Shown piece after piece: positions 1 to 17,300 of a stretch of 64,000 nucleotides of DNA. The notes beneath the pieces were generated by a model, which was given only the letters and a program-made list of their open reading frames with translations, did no database searches and was not told the origin of the DNA. How positions within the stretch are numbered: the first letter of the stretch is position 1; each line of letters opens with the position of its first letter. The position numbers and the translations under genes were made by a program. Location: assembly GCF_003918875.1 (NCBI RefSeq), contig NW_025766747.1:1116001-1180000 (forward strand), given 5' to 3'. Source of the stretch: Haliotis rubra. Taxonomy: Eukaryota.

Positions 1-3000
1 CATCACCATTGTATTATACACAGAGCTTCACCGGTATATATACACAGACATCACCAGTGTATAATACACAGAGCATCAACGGTATATATACACAGACATC
101 ACCAGTATATAATACACAGAGCACCAGCAGTGTATATACACAGAGCATCACCAGTGTATTATACACAGACCATCACCAGTATATATACAAAGACATCACC
201 ATTGTATTATACACAGACCATCACCAGTATATATACACAGACATCACCATTGTATAATACACAGACCATCACCAGTATATATACACAGACATCACCAGTG
301 TATTATACACAGACCATCACCAGTATATATACACAGACATCACCATTGTATTATATACAGACCATCACCAGTATATATACACAGACATCACCATTGTATA
401 ATACACAGACCATCACCAGCATATAAACACAGACATCACCATTGTATTATACACAGACCATCACCAGTATATATACACAGACATCACCATTGTATAATAC
501 ACAGACCATCACCAGTATATATACACAGACATCACCATTGTATTATACACAGACCATCACCAGTATATATACACAGACATCACCATTGTCTAAGACACAG
601 ACCATCACCAGTATATATACACAGACATCACCAGTGTATAATACACAGACCATCACCAGTATATATACACAGAGCATCACCAGTGTATTATACACAGACA
701 TCACCATTGTATTATACACAGACCATCACCAGGATATATACACAGACGTCACCATTGTATAAGACACAGACCATCACCAGTATATATACACAGACATCAC
801 CATTGTATTATACACAGAGCTTCACCAGTATATATATACACAGACATCACCGGTGTATATATACACAGAGCATCACCGGTATATATACACAGACATCACC
901 AGTGTATAATACACAGAGCACCACCAGTATATATACACAGACATCACCATTGTATATACACAGAGCATCACCGGTATATATACACAGACATCACCAGTAT
1001 ATAATACACAGAGCACCAGCAGTATATATACACAGAGCATCACCAGTGTATTATATACAGACCATCACCAGTATATATACACAGACATCACCATTGTATA
1101 ATACACAGACCATCACCAGTATATAAACACAGACATCACCATTGTATTATACACAGACCTTCACCAGTATATATACACAGACATCACCATTGTATAATAC
1201 ACAGACCATCACCAGTATATATACACAGACATCACCATTGTATTATATACACAGACCATCACCAGTATATATACACAGACATCACCATTGTCTAAGACAC
1301 AGACCATCACCAGTATATATACACAGACATCACCAGTGTATAATACACAGACCATCACCAGTATATATACACAGAGCATCACCAGTGTATTATACACAGA
1401 CATCACCATTGTATTATACACAGACCATCACCAGGATATATACACAGACGTCACCATTGTATAAGACACAGACCATCACCAGTATATATACACAGACATC
1501 ACCATTGTATTATACACAGAGCTTCACCGGTATATATACACAGACATCACCGGTGTATATACACAGAGCATCACCGGTATATATACACAGACATCACCAG
1601 TGTATAATACACAGAGCACCACCAGTATATATACACAGACATCACCATTGTATATACACAGAGCATCACCGGTATATATACACAGACATCACCAGTATAT
1701 AATACACAGAGCACCAGCAGTATATATACACAGAGCATCACCAGTGTATTATACACAGACCATCACCAGGATATATACACAGACGTCACCATTGTATAAG
1801 ACACAGACCATCACCAGTATATATACACAGACATCACCATTGTATTATACACAGAGCTTCACCGGTATATATACACAGATATCACCAGTGTATATACACA
1901 GAGCTTCACCGGTATATATACACTGACATCACCAGTGTATAATACACAGAGCACCACCAGTATATATACACAGACATCACCATTGTATTATACACAGACC
2001 ATCACCAGTATATATACACAGACATCACCATTGTATTATACACAGGAGCTTCACTGGTATATATACACAGACATCACCGGTGTATATATACACAGAGCAT
2101 CACCGGTATATATACACAGACATCACCAGTGTATAATACACAGAACACCACCAGTATATATACACAGACATCACCAGTGTATATACACAGAGCATCACCG
2201 GTATATATACACAGACATCACCAGTATATAATACACAGAGCACCAGCAGTGTATATACACAGAGCATCACCAGTGTATTATACACAGACCTTCACCAGTA
2301 TATATACACAGACATCACCATTGTATTATACACAGACCATCACCAGTATATATACACAGACATCACCATTGTATAATACGCAGACCATCACCAGTATATA
2401 TACACAGACATCACCAGTGTATTATACACAGACATCACCATTGTATTATACACAGACCATCACCAGGATATATACACAGACGTCACCATTGTATAAGACA
2501 CAGACCATCACCAGTATATATACACAGACATCACCAGTATATAATACACAGAGCACCAGCAGTATATATACACAGAGCATCACCAGTGTATTATACACAG
2601 ACCATCACCAGTATATATACACAGACATCACCATTGTATAATACACAGACCATCACCAGCATATATACACAGACATCACCATTGTATTATACACAGACCA
2701 TCACCAGTATATATACACAGACATCACCATTGTATAATACACAGACCATCACCAGTATATATACACAGACATCACCATTGTATTATACACAGACCATCAC
2801 CAGTATATATACACAGACATCACCATTGTCTAAGACACAGACCATCACCAGTATATATACACAGACATCACCAGTGTATAATACACAGACCATCACCAGT
2901 ATATATACACAGAGCATCACCAGTGTATTATACACAGACATCACCATTGTATTATACACAGACCATCACCAGGATATATACACAGAGACGTCACCATTGT

Positions 3001-6000
3001 ATAAGACACAGACCATCACCAGTATATATACACAGACATCACCATTGTATTATACACAGAGCTTCACCGGTATATATACACAGACATCACCGGTGTATAT
3101 ACACAGAGCATCACCGGTATATATACACAGACATCACCAGTGTATAATACACAGAGCACCACCAGTATATATACACAGACATCACCATTGTATATACACA
3201 GAGCATCACCGGTATATATACACAGACATCACCAGTATATAATACACAGAGCACCAGCAGTATATATACACAGAGCATCACCAGTGTATTATACACAGAC
3301 CATCACCAGGATATATACACAGACGTCACCATTGTATAAGACACAGACCATCACCAGTATATATACACAGACATCACCATTGTATTATACACAGAGCTTC
3401 ACCGGTATATATACACAGACATCACCAGTGTATAATACACAGAGCATCACCGGTATATATACACAGACATCACCAGTGTATAATACACAGAGCACCACCA
3501 GTATATATACACAGACATCACCATTGTATTATACACACAGACCATCACCAGTATATATACACAGACATCACCATTGTATTATACACAGAGCTTCACTGGT
3601 ATATATACACAGACATCACCGGTGTATATACACAGACCATCACCGGTATATATACACAGACATCACCAGTGTATAATACACAGAACATCACCAGTATATA
3701 TACACAGACATCACCAGTGTATATACACAGACCATCACCGGTATATATACACAGACATCACCAGTATATAATACACAGACCATCACCAGTATATATACAC
3801 AGAGCATCACCAGTGTATTATACACAGACCATCACCAGTATATATACACAGACATCACCATTGTATATATACACAGACCATCACCAGTATATATACACAG
3901 ACATCACCATTGTATAATACACAGACCATCACCAGTATATATACACAGAGACATCACCAGTGTATTATACACAGACATCACCATTGTATTATACACAGAC
4001 CATCACCAGGATATATACACAGACATCACCATTGTATAATACACAGACCATCACCAGTATATATACACAGACATCACCATTGTATTATACACAGACCATC
4101 ACCAGTATATATACACACAGACATCACCAGTGTATATACACAGACCATCACCGGTATATATACACAGACATCACCAGTGTATAATACACAGACCATCACC
4201 AGTATATATACACAGACATCACCATTGTATATACACAGAGCATCACCGGTATATATACACAGACATCACCAGTATATAATACACAGAGCACCAGCAGTAT
4301 ATATACACAGAGCATCACCAGTGTATTATACACAGACCATCACCAGGATATATACACAGACGTCACCATTGTATAAGACACAGACCATCACCAGTATATA
4401 TACACAGACATCACCATTGTATTATACACAGAGCTTCACCGGTATATATACACAGATATCACCAGTGTATATACACAGAGCTTCACCGGTATATATACAC
4501 TGACATCACCAGTGTATAATACACAGAGCACCACCAGTATATATACACAGACATCACCATTGTATTATACACAGACCATCACCAGTATATATACACAGAC
4601 ATCACCATTGTATTATACACAGAGCTTCACTGGTATATATACACAGACATCACCGGTGTATATACACAGAGCATCACCGGTATATATACACAGACATCAC
4701 CAGTGTATAATACACAGAACACCACCAGTATATATACACAGACATCACCAGTGTATATACACAGAGCATCACCGGTATATATACACAGACATCACCAGTA
4801 TATAATACACAGAGCACCAGCAGTGTATATACACAGAGCATCACCAGTGTATTATACACAGACCTTCACCAGTATATATACACAGACATCACCATTGTAT
4901 TATACACAGACCATCACCAGTATATATACACAGACATCACCATTGTATAATACACAGACCATCACCAGTATATATACACAGACATCACCAGTGTATTATA
5001 CACAGACCATCACCAGTATATATACACAGACATCACCATTGTATTATACACAGACCATCACCAGTATATATACACAGACATCACCATTGTATAATACACA
5101 GACCATCACCAGCATATATACACAGACATCACCATTGTATTATACACAGACCATCACCAGTATATATACACAGACATCACCATTGTATAATACACAGACC
5201 ATCACCAGTATATATACACAGACATCACCATTGTATTATACACAGACCATCACCAGTATATATACACAGACATCACCATTGTCTAAGACACAGACCATCA
5301 CCAGTATATATACACAGACATCACCAGTGTATAATACACAGACCATCACCAGTATATATACACAGAGCATCACCAGTGTATTATACACAGACATCACCAT
5401 TGTATTATACACAGACCATCACCAGGATATATACACAGACGTCACCATTGTATAAGACACAGACCATCACCAGTATATATACACAGACATCACCATTGTA
5501 TTATACACAGAGCTTCACCGGTATATATACACAGACATCACCAGTGTATATACACAGAGCTTCACCAGTATATATACACAGACATCACCAGTGTATAATA
5601 CACAGAGCACCACCAGTATATATACACAGACATCACCATTGTATTATACACAGACCATCACCAGTATATATACACAGACATCACCAGTGTATAATACACA
5701 GAGCATCACCAGTATATATACACAGACATCACCATTGTATTATACACATCCATCACCAGTATATATACACAGACATCACCATTGTATTATACACAGACCA
5801 TCACCAGTATATATACACAGACATCACCATTGTATAATACACAGACCATCACCAGTATATATACACAGACATCACCAGTGTATAATACACAGACCACCAC
5901 CAGTGTATATACACAGACATCACCAGTGTATTATACACAGACCATCACCAGTATATATACACAGACATCACCATTGTATAATACACAGACCATCACCAGT

Positions 6001-9000
6001 ATATATACACAGACATCACCATTGTATAATACACAGACCATCACCAGTATATATACACAGACATCACCATTGTATTATACACAGACCATCACCAGTATAT
6101 ATACACAGACATCACCATTGTATTATACACAGAGCTTCACCATTATATATACACAGACATCACCACCATATACACAGAGCATCACCGGTATATATACACA
6201 GACATCACCAGTGTATAATACACAGAACATCACCAGTATATATACACAGATATCACCAGTGTATATATACACAGAGCATCACCGGTATATATACACAGAC
6301 ATCACCAGTATATAATACACAGAGCACCAGCAGTGTATATACACAGAGCATCACCAGTGTATTATACACAGACCATCACCAGTATATATACACAGACATC
6401 ACCATTGTATTATACACAGACCATCACCAGTATATATACACAGACATCACCATTGTATAATACACAGACCATCACCAGTATATATACACAGACATCACCA
6501 GTGTATTATACACAGACCATCACCAGTATATATACACAGACATCACCATTGTATTATACACAGACCATCACCAGTATATATACACAGACATCACCATTGT
6601 ATAATACACAGACCATCACCAGCATATATACACAGACATCACCATTGTATTATACACAGACCTTCACCAGTATATATACACAGACATCACCATTGTATAA
6701 TACACAGACCATCACCAGTATATATACACAGACATCACCATTGTATTATACACAGACCATCACCAGTATATATATATACACAGACATCACCATTGTCTAA
6801 GACACAGACCATCACCAGTATATATACACAGACATCACCAGTGTATAATACACCGATGACATCACCAGTATATATACACAGAGCATCACCAGTGTATTAT
6901 ACACAGACATCACCATTGTATTATACACAGACCATCACCAGGATATATACACAGACGTCACCATTGTATAAGACACAGACCATCACCAGTATATATACAC
7001 AGACATCACCATTGTATTATACACAGAGCTTCACCGGTATATATACACAGACATCACCAGTGTATATACACAGAGCATCACCGGTATATATACACAGACA
7101 TCACCAGTGTATAATACACAGACACCACCAGTATATATACACAGACATCACCATTGTATTATACACAGACCATCACCAGTATATATACACAGACATCACC
7201 AGTGTATAATACACAGAGCACCACCAGTATATATACACAGACATCACCATTGTATTATACACAGACCATCACCAGTATATATACACAGACATCACCATTG
7301 TATTATACACAGAGCATCACCAGTATATACACAGATACACCGGATCACCAGTCACAGAGCATCACCGGTATATATACACAGACATCACCAGTGTATAATA
7401 CACAGAGCATCACCAGTATATATACACAGACATCACCAGTGTATATACACAGACCATCACCAGTATATATACACAGAGACATCACCAGTGTATTATACAC
7501 AGACCATCACCAGTATATATACACAGACATCACCATTGTATAATACACAGACCATCACCAGTATATATACACAGACATCACCATTGTATTATACACAGAC
7601 CATCACCAGTATATATACACAGACACAGACCATCACCAGTATATATACACAGACATCACCATTGTATATATACACAGACCATCACCAGTATATATACACA
7701 GACATCACCATTGTATAATACACAGACCATCACCAGTATATACTATACAGACATCACCATTGTATATATACACAGACCATCACCAGTATATATACACAGA
7801 CATATACAGACATCACCAGTGTATAATACACAGACCATCACCAGTATATATACACAGAGCATCACCAGTGTATTATACACAGACATCACCATTGTATTAT
7901 ACACAGACCATCACCAGGATATATACACAGACATCACCATTGTATTATACACAGACCATCACCAGTATATATACACAGACATCACCATTGTATTATACAC
8001 AGACATCACCGGTATATATACACAGATATCACCGGTATATATACACAGAGCATCACCAGTATATATACACAGACATCACCAGTGTATAATACACAGAGCA
8101 TCACCAGTATATATACACACAGACATCACCATTGTATAATACACAGACCATCACCAGTATATATACACAGACATCACCAGTGTATTATACACAGACCATC
8201 ACCAGTATATATACACAGACATCACCATTGTATTATACACAGACCATCACCAGTATATATACACAGACATCACCATTGTATAATACACAGACCATCACCA
8301 GTATATATACACAGACATCACCGGTATATATACACAGACCATCACCAGTGTATATATACACAGAGCATCACCGGTATATATACACAGACATCACCAGTAT
8401 ATATATACACAGACACATCACCAGTATATATATACACAGACATCACCATTGTATTATACACAGACCATCACCAGTATATATACACAGACATCACCATTGT
8501 ATTATACACAGAGCTTCACTGGTATATATACACAGACATCACCGGTGTATATACACAGAGCATCACCGGTATATATACACAGACATCACCAGTGTATAAT
8601 ACACAGAACACCACCAGTATATATACACAGACATCACCAGTGTATATACACAGACCATCACCGGTATATATACACAGACATCACCAGTATATAATACACA
8701 GACCACCACCAGTGTATATACACAGACATCACCAGTGTATATACACAGACCATCACCAGTATATATACACAGACCATCACCAGTATATATACACAGACAT
8801 CACCATTGTATTATACACAGACCATCACCAGTATATATACACAGACATCACCATTGTATATATACACAGACCATCACCAGTATATATACACAGACATCAC
8901 CAGTGTATATACACAGACCATCACCAGTATATATACACAGACATCACCATTGTATATATACACAGACCATCACCAGTATATATACACAGACATCACCAGT

Positions 9001-11293
9001 GTATAATACACAGACCATCACCAGTATATATACATCACCAGTGTATATACACAGACATCACCATTGTATTATACACAGACCATCACCAGTATATATACAA
9101 GACATCACCATTGTATAATACACAGACCATCACCAGTATATATACACAGACATCACCATTGTATTATACACAGACCATCACCATATATATACACAGACAT
9201 CACCAGTGTATAATACACAGACCATCACCAGTATATATACACAGACATCACCATTGTATTATACACAGACCATCACCAGTATATATACACAGACATCACC
9301 ACCATTGTATAATACACAGACCATCACCAGTATATATACACAGACATCACCATTGTATTATGCACACACCAGTTATGTATATCACCACATCACCATTGTA
9401 TATACACAGACATCACCAGTATATACACAGACATCACCAGTGTATAATACACAGACCATCACCATTGTATATATACACAGACATCACCATTGTATATATA
9501 CACAGACATCACCGGTATTATATACACAGACATCACCAGTGTATAATACACAGACCATCACCAGTATATATACACAGACATCACCAGTGTATTATACACA
9601 GACCATCACACCAGTATATATACACAGACATCACCATTGTATTATACACAGACCATCACCAGTATATATACACAGACATCACCATTGTATAATACACAGA
9701 CCATCACCAGTATATATACACAGACATCACCAGTGTATTATACACAGACCATCACCAGTATATATACACAGACATCACCATTGTATTATACACAGACCAT
9801 CACCAGTATATATACACAGACATCACCATTGTATAATACACAGACCATCACCAGTATATATACACAGACATCACCATTGTATTATACACAGACCATCACC
9901 AGTATATATACACAGACCATATTGACATCACCATTGTATAATACACAGACCATCACCAGTATATATACACAGACATCACCATTGTATTATATACACAGAC
10001 CATCACCAGTATATATACACAGACATCACCATTGTCTAAGACACAGACCATCACCAGTATATATACACAGACATCACCAGTGTATAATACACAGACCATC
10101 ACCAGTATATATACACAGAGCATCACCAGTGTATTATACACAGACATCACCATTGTATTATACACAGACCATCACCAGGATATATACACAGACATCACCA
10201 TTGTATTATATGCACAGACCATCACCAGTATATATACACAGACATCACCATTGTATTATACACAGACCATCACCAGTATATATATACAGACATCACCATT
10301 GTATTATACACAGACCATCACCAGTATATATACACAGACATCACCATTGTATTATACACAGACCATCACCAGTATATATACACAGACATCACCATTGTAT
10401 AATACACACACCATCACCAGCATATATACACAGCCATCACCAGTATATAACACACAGAGCACCACCAGTATATATACACAGACATCACCAGTGTATATAC
10501 ACAGACCATCACCAGTATATATACACAGACATCACCAGTGGATAATACACAGACATCACCAGTATATAATACACAGACCATCACCAGTGGATAATACACA
10601 CACCATTACCAGTATATATACACAGACATCACCAGTGGATAATACACAGACCATCACCAGTATATAATACACAGACATCACCATTGTATTATACACAGAC
10701 ATCACCAGTATATATACACAGACATCACCAGTGTATTATACACATACGATTACCAGTATATATACACAGACATCACCAGTGGATAATACACATACGATTA
10801 CCAGTATATATACACAGACATCACCAGTGGATAATACACAGACATCACCAGTATATATACACAGCCATCACCAGTATATAACACACAGAGCACCACCAGT
10901 ATATTTACACAGACATCACCAGTGTATATACACAGACCATCACCAGTATATATACACAGACATCACCAGTGGATAATACACAGACCATTACCAGTATATA
11001 TACACAGACATCACCAGTATATATACACAGACCATCACCAGTATATATACACAGACATCACCAGTATATATACACAGACCATCACCAGTATATATACACA
11101 GACATCACCATTGTATTATACACAGACCATCACCAGTATATATACACTGACCATCACCAGTATATATACACAGACATCACCAGTGTATAATACACAGACC
11201 ATTACCAGTATATATACACAGACCATCACCAGTATATATACACAGACATCACCAGTATATATACACGGACATTGTATTATACAGAGAGCTTCC
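1..11293. repeat. Large satellite array, ~23-25 bp monomer forming a ~48 bp dimer (ACACAGACATCACCATTGTATTATACACAGACCATCACCAGTATATAT); extends beyond the left window edge
   Basis: Continuous tandem repetition from base 1. The last degenerate unit (CATTGTATTATACAGAGAGCTTCC) ends ~11293. All TQTSP/IHRHH ORFs are translations of this repeat. Confidence 0.98.
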
Positions 11294-11300
11294 CAATGGT

Positions 11301-14300
11301 TTAATGAACACAGTCACAGATAGAAGTGTCTCTAGGGAGATGGTCGACACTTGTTCTAGTTGTTGCTTGAGTAAAAATAGTTGTTTCTGTTTATATATAT
11401 GTAGAATAATCGAAATATAATTACACTTACATATACGCTGTACGTTGTGTCGTAAATCTCCTTCCACAGATTTCTCACTCATGTTAGTAAACGATATTCT
11501 ATAGCTGAAACATTGTATAAAGGGATATGTGGTTATGTTCATGCATTGCTGTAATCAATAAATTCGCTTATAATTTTGAGAAAACGTTGTATTGTATCCC
11601 GCTAAACATTTATGAATGTTGCAGGCTGACAACTGCATGGTGACCGTCTGTTAAGTCAGTGTAGCATATAAAATATTACAGTTACGATACAAGTACCATA
11701 GCTTATTTCCCACTTAATCCGCACTTACTTAAGTCCATCTTTTGATACTAAGCATGATCCACCTTTCCGTTTGTCGAATGCCTGAGATATTTTAGTCTGT
11801 AGAGAGTCGGGGTACAGTCTCCACTGACCCGCCCCATCCTGCCACTGCCAGACAACAAGGGCATTGGACATACGTCTAAGTGCTGAAAATAGCAAGAGTC
11901 GTGTCAAATATATCGAGGTTATTGGACATATTAATTGTACTTATTGCATAAATAACATTATCACACCATGATATACATCTTCAAACATGGACATGTTATA
12001 CCACTGCTACTAACACTACTACTGCTGCTCATGAGTATCTAATACCAATACGAATACTCTAGTACTAATACTAATAGGTAGCCTAGTGGTTAAAGGGTTC
12101 GCTCGTCAAGCCGAAGATCCGGGTTCGATTCCCCACATGAATACAATGTGTGAAGCCTCTTTCTGGTATTCCCCGCCGAGCTATTGCTGGAAAATTGCTA
12201 AAAGATGCTTAAAACTAAACTCGCTCACTCACTAATACTAGTAGTGAAACACATACAAACGGTTACTTCAACAGCATGATACATGTCATATCTTACTTCC
12301 AATTGTCGGTGGTTTTGGTGGGTCGGGTTCACGTAAGTGCTCTGGTACAGATGGTTCGGGACCGAACTGATAAGGGTCACTGAAAAGAGTTAAAATAGAC
12401 ATCTATACTCGAGAGTGTTGGTTTATGACATATTTTAATATTTTGATTTGGTTCTTGTTTCGTTCGATTTTTGGCATGGTCACAATTGTACATGGGTAAT
12501 ATCACGTCCATTAAACTACAGAGTGTGAAGAACTATATACAATGTCCAATATTCATGAGTACAACGGGGCACTTCAATTTGCAAATTATTTCCAGTGCAG
12601 AATAAAGACATACTTATAATGAACGTTAACATACCATATGTGTAGTTCAAACACGCCGTCCATGCCATGTTTATAACGTCTTATGTTGCCGTTGTCCCAT
12701 CTGACCTATAACGTAGAAAGGTGTGTGTTGGCCTTGACGCTATTTTGCCTTTGTACAAGTTTTGTTTTAATGTGAGATATGTACGAATACAAAGCAAATG
12801 TGATTAAGCCAAAATGTCCTTTTCACACGTAAGTTGGTGAATTTGGTCAAGTCCGTTTTGGGCCTCATAATGTGGAAGGAATGTCGAAAGAAGCAGTTCT
12901 GTGAAGCCAGGGGTACTGAATAGTACACATACTGGATCATAGCTGAGGATTATATAGATTCAGATTCAGATTCATTTTAATCAGTATTTCGGGCCTAAAG
13001 ACCTATAGTGCAAATACACTTACTACAGTTAAGTGCACGTAGTGGTGGTGACATTTCTTGCATGGAAAACATGTTTTACATAAATTGCAACATCAATGTT
13101 GTGATGAGGATTATATACTTGATCTGCGAGACTGTAAAGAGCGTCTTGGACCAATTGGTCACCTGTACCCTGTAAAGGGTGTTACCTGACTGTCATGTGT
13201 TACCTTGACCTCGGTCTTCCCTCTCTTCCTGATGACGACGCCGGTGCTCCCTTCTCCTCCATCCTCGTCATCAGTGTACCAGTGTGGACCTGCTCAAGTA
13301 GCTCCAGGTTAATACTTACTGCCATAACTATTTGACATAGGTGAATTTCCTATTTCGTTGAATTAAATTGTTATCGTCAATATGCTACAATAAGCTATCA
13401 ATGTATGTCTATAAATGCTTGAATAAGATCCCTTGCTGTCAAATATCTAAAAGACCAATCCAGCTCCAAAAGTTACCTTCTCACGAAGCGTAGACATTTC
13501 TCATTGTGATGAGTAAGCTTTATACTTAACTGCCATTACTCAATATTGCACAAGTAAGGTTTGATGGGATACGTAGATTTGGAAACGTGAAACAAGATCT
13601 ATAGATTATCAGTATAATATATACTTTTCACTCATACCTCTCGTGACTCGGACCCCTATCTGAATGTCATCTGAATCTGGTATGCGGGGTAGACCATCAA
13701 CAAGAATGACGTCATAGTTGTTGTCCTCTCCGTACCTGTACACATTCTGCTCTCCGTTATCCCATTTCACCCAGAGCCATTCTTCCAGACAAAAACAAAG
13801 TCATATGTCAAGGAGGGTTGACAAAACTGACACTTTCGAACATTTATTGTTTGCAATTTAGAAGTAATCGAGACAAATGACTACTTACTATCAAGACGGT
13901 TATGGTTTATGATAGTGCCGGGACCTTCCGTGTCCTGGTTTTTCCACATCCATTCCGGACCTCGCATAACTCTTGATCCGAGAGGGGGAAACATTTTGAT
14001 ATCTTCGTGAATGTCTTCAAAATCATCAGGTTTTCCTTCGGTCTTGTGGGTTTTCATCTTCACGTTGACATCGGCTACAATTTCCCTCTGCAAAATGCAC
14101 AGAATCAGTTAAACGAAGATTTCACATTTTGTGCAGATGGATATAATGTAGAATTATGAAATATTATTCAATTACACCACAGTCTGGGTACGTATCGTAT
14201 GACGGTCTATACAATGGCAAAACCATCTTAATATCCCAAACAGGTATCGATTTCTTACCATTATCCTATAAAGGGCATGTGCCATACATTGGTCTGCAAT

Positions 14301-17300
14301 ATATATGTAATGTAAATAAAATAGATAGTGACTTTACAGATGGTGATGAGTCAGGCCCCACCACAGTTGTCTGGACACTTATCGACTGGATTATTTTGAT
14401 AGGCCACACAAAGGAAAGTAGATATTATAATTCTACACATTATGGCCTAATTATGGATAACTGCTTTTACCTTATCCTCCGGCAATAGATTCGGTAGGAG
14501 GCCTTCAGCCACAGCTTCAACAGCTCCTGATATGTTCTCGTAGTATTCTTTGTCCCGCAGAACGCAGCTGGCCACCTTGCCAATGCCCTCCTGGAACAAG
14601 ACGTCAGCCTACTCAGGTCTCCGTGACAAGGTTTCCTCAATATCAACACATGCGGTATTATTATATAAATACAACAACTTAGTTAACTTTGATCATCTGT
14701 ACATAAACTGTTACCGTGCAGATCAAATGTTTTTGTTAAGTGCAATGATTTATGCGGGAGAGACCATGCAAGTTAAGGTTTACACTGGCTGCTTGTACCT
14801 TACATGTGTAACACCTGTATAAATTTTACCTGTATTCTGTAGTAGCGACATAGCCTTGGAATGTCCTTTTCATCTGCGAGAAATCCATTTCCCAATGTTG
14901 CAAGTGATTTCAAGAAGTCCTAAAATTTAACATAAGACGTCAGTGCTAAAGGAAATCCCTGTCTAGACTATCCTCAGAAACAAATTCCACTTGGTGTAAA
15001 GGGAACGTACATGTGAAGTAATGGATCACTTACAAGTGGTGGCACCAGGTGTTCGCCAAAAGGGAAATGGCATCCCCTTTAAACATATTACAACACTATG
15101 TTTCTGTAACGCTATCCATTCGAACAACAAATGCAAGAATAATATGCCAAGAATGCAGCAAATGCAAGAATAATATGTCATATATGCAATAAGTACTACA
15201 ATGATACCTCATAAATGTAATACATATAACAATGATGTCATGAATGAAACAAATGCTACAACGTTGTTTCATAAATAATAAAGAAGAACAAGGTATACAC
15301 GTACCTTATCAGCATCATCTCCGACTGGAATCCATATTATCGGGTTGGGTGTTTTGCTGGATTTCTTGGACCCAAAGTCAGTGACCAGTCGAATAATAGG
15401 CAGTTTATGCTATGAGACGTAAAGAGCGAGTAAGCATTTTTTACATTGTGTCAGTACGTCTGACGTTCGCAACCAACCCTCATATAAAAGGATTACAGAA
15501 CGTTATAATATTAACTACCAACTGCATTAGTAATTACTAATTCATCAGTAATTGTCCAAAATGACAATTGAATTAGATGACGCTTACCGACATACTCCCC
15601 GGATCATTGTCTGGTCCTGACCACTGAGCTTCATTGGTTGGTCTGCCATCTGTGATAAACAGCACCCTTGGTCGAATCTTGTGACATCCAGCTACGTTTA
15701 CGATTCGCCCTGAAATGACATACCAATGACAGGTCCTTGTTTAACTGAAGTACTCTGAATGACACTGCTGACACAGTGTGTATGTGCGTACAGTGCAATG
15801 CATTACATGTATTGTAGAGGAGCTGTGGTTCTCACCTTTCCCCTGCAATGAAGCCAGGCAAACCATAAGAGCTTCAAAGAAGGGTGATCTTCCAAAAGGT
15901 TGCAGTGAATCTGTAAATAAAAGTGAATGATAAGTTAGATTGTTAGTCAGATCAATTTCAACAAGGCATTAAACAATTTACTGTATTGTGTAATACATTT
16001 GCTTGCTAATATAACTAAGCATGTCACACAACGACGTGTAAGACAAGTTTGAATGGTCGAAGGGAAATGTCTAAATGTAAATTAAAAAGAGATTTTGCTG
16101 CGAAGGTTTCATCCTTACTTCGGTATAGTACACTTCATTTTTTCAACATAAACCCCTAAAACGTCTACGCACTCCTGTGGGAGATGCTCTTGTGTCTGAT
16201 TCCCACTTGTGCAAAAGGTATTTAGAGGCCTGAAAGGTCAACCACAGCAGTCATGACGGCATCACCAGCATCAGTGATGAACTTGGAGAATAGGCGGATG
16301 TTTAATACGTTCATGCATTCTGCAATGGCAAAATAAGGCACTTGCATTGCCAAAGTGAAGAAATACACGTTTAGTGTGTGTTTTCCTGACTTCATATCCT
16401 TGATATTCTCACGCAATTGCATATGCATAATTTTGGATAAAGAAGATTTGATCTCTCGGAGATTGTCCAGTAGTAGAATTCCTTTGCCAGCTGAGGGTAC
16501 AGACTCTGCCTTCTTCAATGGACATTTATTCATTGCTTTGATTGTTGGGTTGTCTCCGGCTGACATGGCTGAACCTTCGTCTCATCTGTGTTATAAGACG
16601 GCGAGCACAACCAGAGTGGATACCTTTATCACTGATAAGTTCTACGACAGTCAGGATCCAACAACAGTGGCTTCCAGCGAGCTGAAACGTCTGTCATGCC
16701 CACAGCATTCCTCAGAAATTCATGTTCTCAATATTTCATCACAGGTACCTACTGCGCTGACAATTTCGAATTTCTCGCGATATGGGTCGTCGTTATACTT
16801 TATCATCAATTTCTTTAGTGATGGCTGTTAAATTATTTCCTGATCTTGGATCATCTTCGAGCCTCTCTCTTCCCGCTTGAACTCCGGTCTCTGCCCCTTA
16901 ACAGTGACATGGTGTCCATAATAAAGACCAAGTTCAGTTGAATATACTTCGATATGATAGCCCGTCAACCATTTTTTGTTTTCATTAACAGAGAAGACCT
17001 GGTCACTTCGATACCTGCAGAAATATGTTCCTTGGGTGTGTACGGGAGTCAGCAAGCAAGCATATGGTATTTCAAGGGTGTATGTTAAGAGTGTACCACA
17101 CATGCTTCGTACTAAGACTCAGAACATTTGAGCCATCCCTTGTAAATGGCATTCATCGTCACCCTTATTGTTTTCAACTTACCTATAGCATCTCGGACTC
17201 TTGTAAAGTCATTTGTAAGATGCTGGATAACACTAGCCTCGCCAGCTATCTTGACCACGGCGACATTTTCTTCAAGACCATATTGCTCTGCTATGTCTTC

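Noticed and set aside
9-11323. Dozens of long ORFs (up to 536 aa) rich in TQTSP/IHRHH, superficially mucin-like or His-rich
   Set aside because: They are translations of a satellite in all frames with frequent frame-breaking indels, and there is no coding signal.
12075-12140. tRNA-like sequences (also at 40530, 45192 and 37045)
   Set aside because: These are SINE heads: they continue into a shared non-tRNA body and tail and lack a complete cloverleaf.
16355-16831. 158-aa plus-strand ORF as a nested gene
   Set aside because: It is antisense to the decayed mariner transposase and has no recognisable motif.
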